A DNA stretch of 64,000 bases from Batkoa obscura (Eukaryota). The notes beneath the pieces were generated by a model. It saw only the letters and a list, made by a program, of their open reading frames with translations, had not been told where the DNA came from and searched no databases. The DNA lies in assembly GCA_030770535.1 (NCBI GenBank), contig JASVEC010000022.1, forward strand, positions 744,001-808,000. The letters run 5' to 3'. The translations under genes were made by a program, and so were the position numbers. Below, one piece after another: positions 12,438 through 25,102 of the stretch (the stretch's first letter is position 1; every line of letters begins with the position of its first letter).

Positions 12438-14599
12438 ATGGTATACACAAAAAGTAACTATCACTTCATCATCTCCTTATATTGCTAACATTTTTGTAGA
12501 AGGTTTATTTGCATGTTCACCCAGCACCCAACGTGGTGAACCAACAGTCTTAGATGTCAACCCAAAAGGTGATAAATTTTTATATACTAACGGGCGCTCA
12601 GTATACATTCGAGATCTCGAGAATCCGTCTATTTGCGATGAATACTATGAACATTTAACCACTACTACCGTAGCACGCTTCTCTAATAATGGCAATTATG
12701 TAGCTTCTGGGGATATCAGTGGTATGGTACGTATCTGGGATGTCACTCAACCAGAAAAGATTTTAAAGTTAGAAACACGTCCGTTGAGCTCTAGGATCAA
12801 TGATATTTCCTGGGATTCAGAGTCGCAGCGTATCTTAGCCGTGGGTGATGGTAACCAAAGATTCGGACATGTTTTTACATATGATAGTGGCAATTCTACT
12901 GGTGAAATTATTGGGCATTCGAAAGTGATCACTTCATGTTCAATGAGACCATCAGGTAGACCATTTAGGGCAGTGACAGCTTCCCATGATTTTACTGTAA
13001 AATTTTACCACGGTGCTCCATACCGCTTTGTAAGCTCCATCGCAGATCATATCAATTCGGTAAATGCAGTTAAGTATTCGCCTGATGGAGAACACTTTGT
13101 ATCTGTTGGGGCAGATAGGAAGGTAATTTATAACCTGTTTAAAGCATAGATAGATTAATTAAGTTTTAGGTTTTCATGTATGAGGGATTAGATGCTGAAA
13201 AGAAGGCAGAGTTTAGTCAAGGCGAAGGTGCACATACTGGATCAATTTATGGCCTTTCTTGGGCTGATGACTCTAAATCCTTTGCTACTTCGGCTGCTGA
13301 CTGCACTGTTAAATTATGGGATTCGGAAACTCAACAGAACATACAGTATACTTTATTTTTACTTTTAGTATTTATTAAATTTACCTTTCATTCAGAACCA
13401 TTTCAATGACTTTAGAAGAAAATGCAGTATTGAACCAACAAGTAGGAAATTTGTGGAAGGGAAACTATTTAGTCTCGTTATCATTAAGTGGAACATTAAA
13501 TTACATTGATCCAAGAGAAGGAAAAGTAACCAAGAGAGTACATGGGCATAATAAAGGGATCAATAAGATTGAAGTGCTTAAAAATCAAAATAAGGAAACA
13601 ACGTTTTTTAGTGGAGATTTTGATGGCAAAATATTTAACTGGGATCTCAAAACTGGAGAAGCTAAAGAAGTCAAGGGGAATAGCCATTCCAATAAAGTGA
13701 ATGGATTAGTTATAAATGATGATAAAGTATTCTCAGTTGGTATGGATGATACATTACGTAGCATTAGCTCTGATGAATTGTGTTATAAGTAAGTTGGAGT
13801 TAGTTGAATCTTTTAACAATTACTTATTATTCTAGTGATGGAGTTATTAAAACTGAAGCTGAACCTATTGATATTATCTCATTAGGGGATTCGGATTATG
13901 CTATTCCTACTAAAGATGATCATCTGAAATTAGTGACTTCTAACCAGATCCATTCTAGCATTAAGCTGCCATTTACACCCAGTTCCATCGCCTATTGCGC
14001 AATTAACTCATTTATTGCTATAGGATCAGAGGTAATATAGTTCAATATAATTTATTGATGAAGATGTATTAATTAATTAATTAAGGGTAAAGGAATAAAT
14101 ATATACAAATATAACAAAGAGGGTAAGAGTTTAGAATCAATTGGAAGCCCAATTGAAGATAAGCTAAACGTTTCAGTCATGAAATTCGATAAAAGTGGCA
14201 AATACTTTGCTATTGGACAAACTAATGGCAAAATAACCCTTTATGACCCTACAGCCTTACCATTTAAAGTAAGCTTTATTATTATTTATAATACAATTTG
14301 CTTATTGTTTCTAGTTAATTACCTCCAGATGGTCTCATCATACAGCTAGGATTTATCAGCTTAGATTTAGTCCAGATTCCAAATTTGTTGCTTCATGCAG
14401 CTTGGATTCGAATATTAACATCTATTCTACGGAAGTTATTATTAAAAGGGCAAGCATTATTAATGCACATTCATCTCCGGTTACTGATGTACAGTTTATT
14501 GATTATCCAGAAAATGTGGAGAGCAAACAAAAGGTCAATATTGCCTCCGTTGGGACTGATGGTAATTTAAAACTTTGGGAAATTGAGTTACCTGCTTAA
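12438..14599 (+). CDS. AIP1: Actin-interacting protein 1 / WDR1 (WD40), multi-exon
   Basis: Spliced N-terminus MVYTKKGLFACSPSTQRG; YTNGRSVYIRDL; DISWDSESQRILAVG; RPFRAVTASHDFTVKFYHGAPYRF; QQVGNLW. Confidence 0.9.
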
Positions 14600-14877
14600 T
14601 TAAAAAATATTTTGAAGTTTATTTTGTTGATATATTTTCATAGTCTTATGCTTAAAACTAATAATTTAAGTCAAAATTAACAAGTTAATTTATATATGTA
14701 TATATATTATTTCTAGTTAACATTGCTTGTTTTTATAGTTTTATATATTTTGAAAAGCAATGAGCAATTATCAGCTTTAATAGGATTTTTCTATAATAAA
14801 CATGCGCGTTTTTAGCTTTATGTGAGATATCTATTATACACAATTTTTAACAAATATAGTAGTAGTATTATATATAT

Positions 14878-14969
14878 GAGACAGATTTTTTTATTTAAGA
14901 ACTTTACTAATAATTTTTCTACTCAAATAATGTTTAAAAAATAAAGTAACGAAACTAAAAAAACATTCC
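14878..14969. mobile_element. MITE copy (decayed)
   Basis: Family core ttaagaactttactaataatttttctactcaaata. Confidence 0.75.
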
Positions 14970-15619
14970 ATATATTTACAAGATGAACTTTGATTGTTAT
15001 ATTTTATTCTCAAATTTTAAATATTTATATGTTTATGTTTGCCAAACACTACTTTTATTATTATTTTTTTGAAATAACCTAAAGTTTTTATTTTAATTAT
15101 TAGTGATAAATTTAATCATTCTAAAAGTACAAAATCTTGAAATCTCAAAGGTCAAAATCTAAAATTGTTGATTTTTAAACTCATTCCTGATACTATACAA
15201 TCTAGATTTAATTTTAAAGGCTTGTTCTTTCGTATCATTTCAATATTAAATAATAAAAATGCTAAAGTTAAATGAGATAAATAAACTAATCAAAACATTA
15301 CATTACTATAATACTCTAAGCTCACTATTCTAGTCCAATATCTCTATCTAAAATCGTGAAATTATCTCAAAATAATTGCGTCTAGTTTAAGCATACATGT
15401 CAAATGTCAAAAAGTTTGACACAAAAAGAATGGATTAGTAATAAAATTTATTGGGTAAACGTTAACAGCATTTAAATTCTATTTATTGTAAATCGGAGGC
15501 TTATATACCCGGCGTATTCCGATAATTGCCGGAAATTCAAATGATCAAAATGGACTGAAAATATATAAACAAATTGAAAGTAAAAAGGAAAGAGAAAAAA
15601 GAAAAAATATTGCAATAAA

Positions 15620-16448
15620 ATGAGTCAAACTAAACAAACTCTTAATCATATCTGGTATTTTGGTAATTAATAGCACAATAAATATAATAATCTTTTATTT
15701 ATGATTTTTTTTAGCTTATGGATCCAATATGTATTCCAAAATATTAACAGATAGAAGAAAAGTGAAGCCAGTAAGGTCTTTACCGGCTGTTGCAAAAGGG
15801 TATAAATTGACCTTTGATTTATTTGGATTTCCTTATTTTGAGCCCTCCTTTGGAAATATAATAAAAATTAATGATATCAACAATAGCAAATCAACTAATG
15901 AGAGTTCAGCCTTAATTGACAACAAGTCTACTTTTACAGATAACATTGATGTTGAAGGCGTTTTACATTTAATAACTGAAGAGGATTATTCTACCATTCG
16001 TCGTACTGAAGGAGGTAATGGTAATAAAGGATATGGCTATCAGGATATAAAGATAGAATGTACAAGTTATGAAGGCGAAACAATTGAGGCAAGTACCTTA
16101 TTATGTATATCACCTAACGCATGGCGTGGAGAGGCAAGACCATCCCACCGTTATTTAAATTTATTAATTGAAGGGGCCAAAGAGAACAATATAAGTCCAA
16201 ATTACCAAACCTATTTAAACAACTTACCTTATTTTCAATTAGAAACTAATACTCAAATGATTGGTAAATATTTGATGCTAGTTATAATGTTCCCTTTTAT
16301 TTTACCAATGCTCCTTATATTTACTTTATCTACTTTGACCAAATTTCAACCACCAGTTTTTGTGTCGGTTTATATGGATGGTTTAAATAAGGTGATGTGG
16401 GTGTTACACGATAGGTTTTTAAAGCCGTGCTTTGGTACAGGAGAATAA
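15620..16448 (+). CDS. Gamma-glutamylcyclotransferase-like (GliK-like) protein with C-terminal hydrophobic segment
   Basis: One intron joins WYF to AYGSNM; VEGVLHLIT; EG; PSHRYLNLLIEGAKE. Confidence 0.8.
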
Positions 16449-17619
16449 GCAGTTTCATAGTAAATTTAATAAACTAATTTATATTAACTTGTAGTTTTAA
16501 CAAGAAAGTTATGGAAACAGATTGATTTTATCTTCAAATTTAAATTAAGATCATCATTATAACAGATTTCATATAAAATTAATATTTCAAAAAGTAAATA
16601 AATTGAAGTATGTGGCTATCATTTTCTAAGCTAAAAATTCAAAATATTAGCTAAAAATGGGTTGACTTAAATCTATGATTCAGTTTTTTGCAGTTATGAA
16701 TTAAGTCAATGTTAAGGAAATGATCACTTTCTTGATTTTAGAATCAATAATGCAAATCTTTGTAACTTTAAATCTAAAGCAAGCAAAAAACAGCATCCAT
16801 TTTGGCATCGTCAAATAACAATGTCCAATGTATTAAATACAATTTATTAAATTAATAAATTGGTTTTGAAGTGAAATGGGGATTTTATTTATAAGGGAGT
16901 TAATTCATTGAATTGAGTCATCGTGAAAATCTTGAAAGTGCGACTAAAAGCCAATATTGAAAACTAAGAGACCAAGCTGATATGTTAATTAAATTAATAT
17001 AAATAATACATTAAAATAAAAATAGTTATATAGCTTTTATTAAGTTTAAAAATAGAAATAAATTTTAAAGTAAAACCTAATTTTAATTTTTTTTCAATGT
17101 TTTTGTTATTGTTTAACCCAATTAAATCAAATTTTGGGATATTTTATTGCAAATTTAACAGTGTTACTATTTATAAATCTAGATTTATGTATATTATAGC
17201 CACTAGTATAATGTATTATGTAACCAGCAATGACTATAGCAAATTTATAAATAAATTGGTACTAATTCCAATGACATGCCATCTTCCAGGCGTTTAATTG
17301 GCCATGGCGTTAAATCTTGGGGTGTCTCAGTATAAAATATAGCTGAATAATTTCCAAATATAGTAATTCGATAAAGTACTGATATCATGGTTCCCACTTC
17401 TTAAAAAAATAATATGAAACTAATTGGTATGCCAAGTCGATTTAAGCATTATGATTGGACTAAGCTTGCTTATCTACCCAATTTCAAAAGAATTAAATTC
17501 TCTAAATAATTAGAAATGTTTGGTATATCTCCGTCCTATAAATTAGATTAACTCCGTATATAAAGATAAAAATTGAAATAGTTCTTTGTTTATTCTTTCA
17601 TAGTTTTTATTTTTTTAAA

Positions 17620-19686
17620 ATGTTAAAAAAAGTATTGTTTTTATTAATATTTACCTTCAATCTACTACTAGCAGATAATATAAACCTTACCAGTTCTTTA
17701 GTTCAAAAATGTGATAAAAGTAATAGTGATAATTCAAAATTAGATATTAAAGATTTCTCAATCGCCGTTGATAGTCAAACGAATACTCTGAATATCAACC
17801 TAAATATGGATTTAAAACAAGCTTTGAGTGATGCTAAAGCAGTAATGTCTGTAAATTTATTTGGTGAGCAATTATTCACTACACCAACAATTGATCTCTG
17901 TAGCAATGCTTTTGGTACATCAATATGTCCTATTCAACCTGGAACTGTGGCTGTACCATATAAATTAGACTTACCATCTGCGGTATCTAGCTTAGCAAAC
18001 ACTTTAACAAAAATACCTGGAGCCAACTTATCAGCTAGTTTAAAAATTGTTGATTCTAATAATGTGGATATAGGTTGTGTTGCAGTCAATTTAGCCAATC
18101 CAGTTTCAGGTCAACAGCCTGCTATTTTAGGTACCATAGCTGGTATAGCAGGTTTCAGTTCCATAGTTTCAGTTGTTTCAGCTATTGGATCCGCTTCAAT
18201 GCTTGCTGTTCTACCATTAGGAATGAGTTATCAAGTTAAACCTGGTCCTACACCTTCTTTTTTTGATGTCATATCAACTTTTCAATTCATGGGAACAACG
18301 GGTATGCTTAGCCTTAATTACCCCGATTTATATAAAGAATATACAACTAATTTAGGATGGACTATGGGAATGGTTAACATTCCAGCAGTACAAAGTGCAA
18401 TCAATAATTTTCGTCCAAAGGCATCTTTAAGACGCCGTGATATTGGTAATTTTTTACCAGATACAAATGCCAAAACATACTCTGAGTTAGCAGGAGTACA
18501 AAGTTATGCTAACAAATTACGCGTTCAACCTGAGAACTATTTTTTAACTGTATTGATCATCTTCGCTTGTCTTATGGGAGCAATCACAGTATTAATTTTA
18601 CTTTTAAGATTAGTATTAGAATTACTGGCTTTATACAAACCTAAAATGTTTAGGGATTTAAGAAATTATTATGCCAATTATTATATTGGTAATTTATTAA
18701 GAGTATTTTTATTAACTTATTTCTTTTTGGCAACAGCTGCTTTATTCCAACTTACTTTAAAAGATTACCTTCCAATTACGATTATTGCTGGTGTCGTTTT
18801 AGGATTGTTTTGTGTTTTATTGATGATCATTGTTACAGCTTTAATTATTAAAACTGGACCTATTAGATTATATACAGAACCTAAATTAAGTTATACTTAT
18901 GGACCCTTCTATAGTGATTATCGTCAACCTTCTTATTTGTTTTTTATATTAGTTATTGTAACTTCCTTTTTAAGGGCGTGTGCAGTAGGACTTTTAGGTA
19001 ATTATGTTTGGGCACAATTAGGTATATTAGTTGGTGTTGAGGTTTTATTTTTTATTGCGATCTTTGCTCTAAAGCCATACGCAGCTAAATTGGGAAACAC
19101 CTTGATGATTTTTATTGGTGTGATAAAAATCGCTAATTTAGGTTTATTATTCTTTTATGTTCAATCATTTACATTACCGGAATTAGCACGTACCATCATA
19201 GCTATTGCAATGATTGTACTTCAAGGTGTAATTATGCTAGCAATCACCCTATTAACATTATGGGGTTTAGTCTCAACCATCCGAAAATTGGTTAAAGGAG
19301 AAAAAATTGTTGATGAACCACTTGAAAATGAATTTCAAAATACTAGTGGTTATCCACCAAGAAATGAGTTTAAGAATGTATCAGATGAAAATGTTCCTTA
19401 TGCTAAAGATTTAGAAGCTGGGAATCCTCTTCAACACGGAGAAAAAAGATATGAAGGAGAGCCATTGATGATGGATTATTATCGCTCCAAATCACCCCAT
19501 GGTCATGGTCATGGTCATAGTAATAGTTTGACTAATAATAGGACTATCGAAGATGAATTGGATACTAGTAAATCTCCAATTTTATCAAATTACCCAGAAC
19601 ATGAAGGTAACTTTGAAGAGGTAGAATTACCCCATTCTTCTTCTAAAAAGAAAGGATTAAGACAAGAGGATATTATCTTGCCATAA
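17620..19686 (+). CDS. Fungal Flc/Pkd2-type TRP-like membrane protein (signal peptide, ML-like domain, multi-TM)
   Basis: Signal peptide; DLC..CPIQPG..GCV ML-like domain; FQFMGTTGMLSLNYP; YGPFYSDYR; several TM helices. Confidence 0.85.
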   Translation: MLKKVLFLLIFTFNLLLADNINLTSSLVQKCDKSNSDNSKLDIKDFSIAVDSQTNTLNINLNMDLKQALSDAKAVMSVNLFGEQLFTTPTIDLCSNAFGTSICPIQPGTVAVPYKLDLPSAVSSLANTLTKIPGANLSASLKIVDSNNVDIGCVAVNLANPVSGQQPAILGTIAGIAGFSSIVSVVSAIGSASMLAVLPLGMSYQVKPGPTPSFFDVISTFQFMGTTGMLSLNYPDLYKEYTTNLGWTMGMVNIPAVQSAINNFRPKASLRRRDIGNFLPDTNAKTYSELAGVQSYANKLRVQPENYFLTVLIIFACLMGAITVLILLLRLVLELLALYKPKMFRDLRNYYANYYIGNLLRVFLLTYFFLATAALFQLTLKDYLPITIIAGVVLGLFCVLLMIIVTALIIKTGPIRLYTEPKLSYTYGPFYSDYRQPSYLFFILVIVTSFLRACAVGLLGNYVWAQLGILVGVEVLFFIAIFALKPYAAKLGNTLMIFIGVIKIANLGLLFFYVQSFTLPELARTIIAIAMIVLQGVIMLAITLLTLWGLVSTIRKLVKGEKIVDEPLENEFQNTSGYPPRNEFKNVSDENVPYAKDLEAGNPLQHGEKRYEGEPLMMDYYRSKSPHGHGHGHSNSLTNNRTIEDELDTSKSPILSNYPEHEGNFEEVELPHSSSKKKGLRQEDIILP

Positions 19687-19891
19687 AAATTTAATAGGTT
19701 TCATCGTTTTAATTATAATAAAATTATTTGTATATGGTACTTTTTTTTACTTATTTTTTTATTTTAAATAGAACACTACTATTACTAAATTAATTTGTTT
19801 ATATCATGAACATTTTGAAAATTTAGTCCTACTTTTTTAGGTTTAAGTATTTACTCAGGTAGTTTAATTAATATAGAATAAAAAAATATAT

Positions 19892-19986
19892 GGGTGTGTT
19901 TTTTTGACTTCACTTTTTCCATTTTTTAAGCACTATTTGGGCGGGAAATTTAGCAGTAAAATTTTTAAACACAAAAATACATCTCT
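19892..19986. mobile_element. MITE copy
   Basis: Family match, ATAT flanks. Confidence 0.85.
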
Positions 19987-20405
19987 ATATAACTTTAATA
20001 ACCGACAGCAGTTTAATACTTGGTATCTTTTATAAAAAAAACATGATATCAAGCTGCAAATATTTTTATTAACAAATATAAATTATTTTAAGTTTTTTAT
20101 CTCCTGCTTTTTATATAGTTTTATTTTTATGTTATTAAATAAAAAGTTACTTAGGTTTTTTAACTAAATATTTTTCTTTATCTTTTGTCATCTTTGTTTT
20201 TACTCTTATCACTTCTAGTTAATTTATATTTAATCAAACAAATAGTTGTTAATTAAAATTTACAGTATTACCAGTTTAAACAACATTTCATTAATAATTT
20301 TAAAAAGATTAATTAAAGTAGAATAGCAGTATCAATGTTAATAAAAAGTATTATTAAGATAATAAAAGGCTGTCTAGGTTATATATACCTTAATAATAAG
20401 CATTT

Positions 20406-20504
20406 GGGGGTGTTTTTTTTGGCTCCATTACTTTTTTTATCTTTTAAGCGTTATTTAAATGGAAAAACCATCACTGAAATTCTTAAACATAAAAATACAT
20501 CCCC
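20406..20504. mobile_element. MITE copy
   Basis: Family match, ATTT TSD. Confidence 0.88.
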
Positions 20505-20918
20505 ATTTTTTCAGAAAATCAACTTATTTGGGTCAATAATAAAAGCACAGGTACATTAAAAAGTAATTACAACAGATTTAAACTTTTAATGTAACAAAGT
20601 TTAACTCTTTAATTGCCACTTAAACCTTCTAAAAATAATATTATAAATAAATAGCATAAAATGTTATAGGCATAAATAATTTAAAAAAAATCAAAAATCA
20701 TTTAGATTAGTTTGAAATAACATTAGTGAAATTTCAAAGTAGAAAGATTTAAAAAAGTGAACATATTAATATCAAACTAATGAAATTGTTTACATATATT
20801 ATGCTGTTTTTTAAATTAGTTTTTTATTTCTTGTTTTCGAGTTCTAATTTTGTTTATGATTGATTATTAATACTCAGGCTTGTAAGTTCTTCTTAAATTG
20901 CTATTAATATAAACCTAT

Positions 20919-21119
20919 GGGAGCGTTTCTTTTAACTTCATTACTTTTTCCATTTTTTAAGCACTATTTAAAAGCGGAAAAAGTGTTAGTGAAATTCTTA
21001 CATAAAAATACATCTCCATATGGGGATGTGTTTTTGTATTTAAGAGCTTTATTAACAACTTTTCCACCCAAATAGCGCTTAAAGATGAAAAAAGTAATGA
21101 ATTCAAAAAAAACATCCCC
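20919..21119. mobile_element. Two inverted MITE copies (20919-21017, 21022-21119) sharing a central ATAT
   Basis: ...catctcc|atat|ggggatg... Confidence 0.88.
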
Positions 21120-22937
21120 ATATTATTTTTTAAAAAAACTGATCAAATGAATGCAATTTAAATGTAACAAACATAAAAATACAAAAACCAAAGTAAGCTA
21201 ACTCCTAATCTAAATTTATTAAATTTTCAATCTATATCGTAATAATATAAATAGATAAGTTAATAGTTTTGAAATATATTAAAACATAAGCATGGTATTT
21301 TACTCCAAAACCAAACAGGGTATTAATTATTAGTCTAATTTTAGCTATTTTTTTAAACTGCAAAAGGGCCAATCAGTCCAAGTGATCTCTTAAATGAGAA
21401 AACTTTAAAGACAGTAAGTAGTATTAGCAAAAGAGTAATAAGTGGTAAAAGAAAGTATTATAATAAAACCAAGTCTATTTTTACAGAAACTTATTTTAGA
21501 TGTAAAATTTTAAATCACTTAAGAGCACTAATGATACATTTATAATTGATAAAAAATAGCTCATTTTTTATTTCTTTATAAACATTAACTAACTAGCTTT
21601 TCATGATTGATATTTATAGCGAATAGAGGATAAGAAAGTATAATGAAAGGAAATAGTATACAATGACAAGAAGTTGAAGTGGTTTATTAAACAGAACATA
21701 TATCTTCTGAAAAAATGGACAGAGTTCTAATAGTTAAATAGCTGCAAACAAAAAAACTATAAAATACACTAAATATCTAGTATTTTGTTTTGTTTTTTAT
21801 TTTTTTGCTTACAATTGTTTGATTGTCTAAAGTTTATCTGTTTTTCCAAGGTATAAAACTAAAATACCTTGGATTTGAAATAAAACATAGCTCGATTTAC
21901 AAAAAAATAAAATTATACAATATTGCTAGTAAAATTTACAACTTTGAACATTCGATTGAATTCAGTTTGATGTAGCGATAGCGATCCGATCATATAGATT
22001 TTATATCGTTAAACAAGATTACCTTAAATATTTTGTTGATTGTATGATTCTTCAATTTGTAACAAAAACAATGTAATGTAAATTTAATATTAAACAATTT
22101 AAAACATAAAATAGCTTTTAATTATTAGGGCTATTTTTTATTTATTTATCTAACAAAAATGTGTTTATAATTCATGAAAAAATAATAACAAATATTATTT
22201 AAAATTGAAAACACAATAATAATACAATTTTCAAAACACATAACTTCAAATAAAACATAAGAAAACAAATTAAAAATTAATTTTATTTATTTTTTTCATT
22301 GAAAAATAATAGTCCAATTATTTCTTTAATTAGGTATTTTAAATTGTTACACTTACAAAAAATAGTGTGGTGGGTGCCACAACTTTAATAAAAATTGATG
22401 AATTTTTAAACACTGTTACATATCTTGAGGTTGATCTATTAATATAATTAATGAATATTATAATTATAATATTTATCTATTTATTGTTAACAATAGTGAA
22501 TATAAGTATTAAAGTTAACAGTATTTTGTAAAGTAAATTTCAATAATTATTACATAGGATGTGAACATAAATATCAAGATAAGATGAATAAATTAATAGT
22601 ATTATAATAATAGTAACTGTGATGATATAAAACTATTAAATACTGCTAAATAAAATCAACATAACGAAGATCAAAAAAAACTTTAAAAATAAAAATAATG
22701 AAACAATTTTGTAAATTCAACAAAATTTTAATAAAAAAGATAAACCAAAAATTAATAAAATGCAATAAAAGATGATCTTTTTAAATCTGTAATACCTTTT
22801 ATATAAAATAAAGTAGTATAAATACGATAGATTCACAACCTACTTTTACTATCAAAAAAATCTCCAACTTTAATTTAAAGCTGTGCTAAAAATTAAATCA
22901 ATATATCTTTCTAAATTTTGAAACTCATAAAACAAAG

Positions 22938-23480
22938 ATGACTTTAATCACTCGAATCACTGGTTTTATTGCCTTTATGGCATTACCACAAATTTTAGGC
23001 TACGCCTCTGGCTCCCATGTACGCAAATACAGCAAAACTTATTATCCTGAATTAAAGAAACCATTTTGGGCACCTCCACCTGCCTTACTCAGGACCATTT
23101 GGCCAATTTTATATTTATTACAAGGGATAGCAAGTTATTTAGTCTGGCGTCAAAAGATCCTTAATAATACCAATGTTAAAGTTCAAATTATTTTATATTG
23201 CATTCAACTTTTCTTTAATGTCAATTTTTGTCCCTTATTCTTTCGAGTTAAATCTCCATTATTAGCTTTATTCGATTTATTTTTAACTTTAACTTTTGCT
23301 GCTTTTGCTACTTTAACTTATCTTCCAGTTAGTTCCACTGCCGCTTTTTTGATGCTTCCTTACCTCGGCTTTTTGGTTATTTCAGGTTACCTTTGTAAAC
23401 GTGTTTGGAGACTTAATCAAGGTCGTAATTTAGATGCGGTTATAAACCAAGCTTCTGAACGTCCAGTTACTGTTCAATAA
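22938..23480 (+). CDS. TspO/MBR translocator protein
   Basis: YPELKKPFWAPP..IWPILYLLQGIASYLVW; QLFFNV..PLFF; LMLPYL. Confidence 0.88.
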   Translation: MTLITRITGFIAFMALPQILGYASGSHVRKYSKTYYPELKKPFWAPPPALLRTIWPILYLLQGIASYLVWRQKILNNTNVKVQIILYCIQLFFNVNFCPLFFRVKSPLLALFDLFLTLTFAAFATLTYLPVSSTAAFLMLPYLGFLVISGYLCKRVWRLNQGRNLDAVINQASERPVTVQ

Positions 23481-23791
23481 GTAAGTATGGTTGTTTAAGA
23501 TTTTTATATATATTCATAGATGGAATTAGAAAATCTTTATAAATTACTTTTTACCTTTACTTGTCTATATTTCTATATCTTTCAACTAGGAATTCTCTCT
23601 ACCTTTATTTAACCCTACTGTACCTTAAAATATCTTACACTGCCTTTCTCTTTTGATTTGTTTTTAAATAAATCAATATTTTACTAAGTTTTTGCTTTTT
23701 GTTTTTATCTTTTTAAAATTGTAGTCTTTATTAGTTTTATAATGTTTCAAAAAATTGCTTAATAATAAGTATAATATAACATTAAAGAGAT

Positions 23792-23889
23792 AGGATATAT
23801 ATTTTTTACTTAAAGAATTTGTTAGCATGTTTTCCACTCAATACTGCTTAAAAAATAGAAAAAACGATGAAGCCGAAAAAGACATCCCC
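23792..23889. mobile_element. MITE copy
   Basis: Family match ending gacatcccc|atat. Confidence 0.8.
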
Positions 23890-25102
23890 ATATTAATCTT
23901 ATAATAAATCATATTTGAGTTATATTGTTAATTGTTCTCTGTAATTGATTTTCAGACAAATCAGTATTTGTAAGTTTTTATATATAGTTAAGTAATTGTT
24001 TTTATATTTATCATAATACAATAATACGATATAAGGATTATTTATTCTAACTTATTTTTGCATCGTAAATAACCCACGTTTCTATTCTATTAAAATTTTT
24101 AAAATATACTTTTAAAATAAGAGTATTAAATATAAGATTATACAAGTATTTAAATTTTATATTATAAATCACTTTATCCTTCTTCGGTCTCATTATCACA
24201 TGTAATATAGTTTAACTGAAGTTGACCTAATTTTTTCAAAATATTATGTTAGGCTTATAAGCACTGCTATTGTCAAGACCATTAATCAAGTTGTCTACTT
24301 TCCAAAATCTGATGCTATAGTTAAATGAACTTTAATAGAAGTTGAATGCATCTAAAAAGTGATAAAAAGAAGGCCGATATCGATTATTAATAATTTTGAT
24401 GACGTATTATATATTGAGTACGAGTACAAGATGTAGTAAATTAATACACTTTATACTCATAAAAACTATATAAGGAGTCAAATGTCTACATCTAGATTCT
24501 TTCTTTATTGAGATTTCCTTTATTTATTTTCTAAAATAAAGTACGCCTTTTGACTCTCATTAGTTATGTTAATTTAGTCAACTTAGTTCAAAGTATACTA
24601 TTTAGCTTACATTTGTTTATAAAGACTTTAAAACTTCATGTTACATTGATCAAACGTTATTCTTACCTTAATACAATTTAAGTAAACTTGTAGGTCCTAA
24701 GGGTTATGGGATTCTTAATCTCAATGGTGTATAAACTTATATATATAATAGTGTTAGTCATAGACACACAATTCAATTAAAAATTAAAATTAAACATTAA
24801 AAATTAAAATTGCCCAAGCTGCCCATTTATTCTAGAGCAAATCATTCAAATAGTCAACTATAAAAAATAAATGCGATTTTTATTGAAAATCCCATAAGGA
24901 TTTATTGATTGGTTCCAAGTTAGAATAATCTAATATTCATCATATCAATTAACATCTAAGATAATCTACAAATTTAAATCCAACTTTAATTAGATACTAA
25001 TCCAACAAACGATAACTTTAACAATTCAACCTATTAATTAAAGAGGTAATATATATATAAGTAAAAAAAGAATAATAAGGATTAATAACACAAATAAGTA
25101 AG

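Noticed and set aside
1570..16950. Weak shared motifs (ttgagtc, gttgactt) at ~1.6, ~3.9-4.1 and ~16.7-16.9 kb
   Set aside because: Too short and degenerate to distinguish from chance in AT-rich DNA.
24475..24557. Small inverted repeat gagtcaaatgtctac / gtacgccttttgactc
   Set aside because: Single short imperfect instance with no TSD or second copy.
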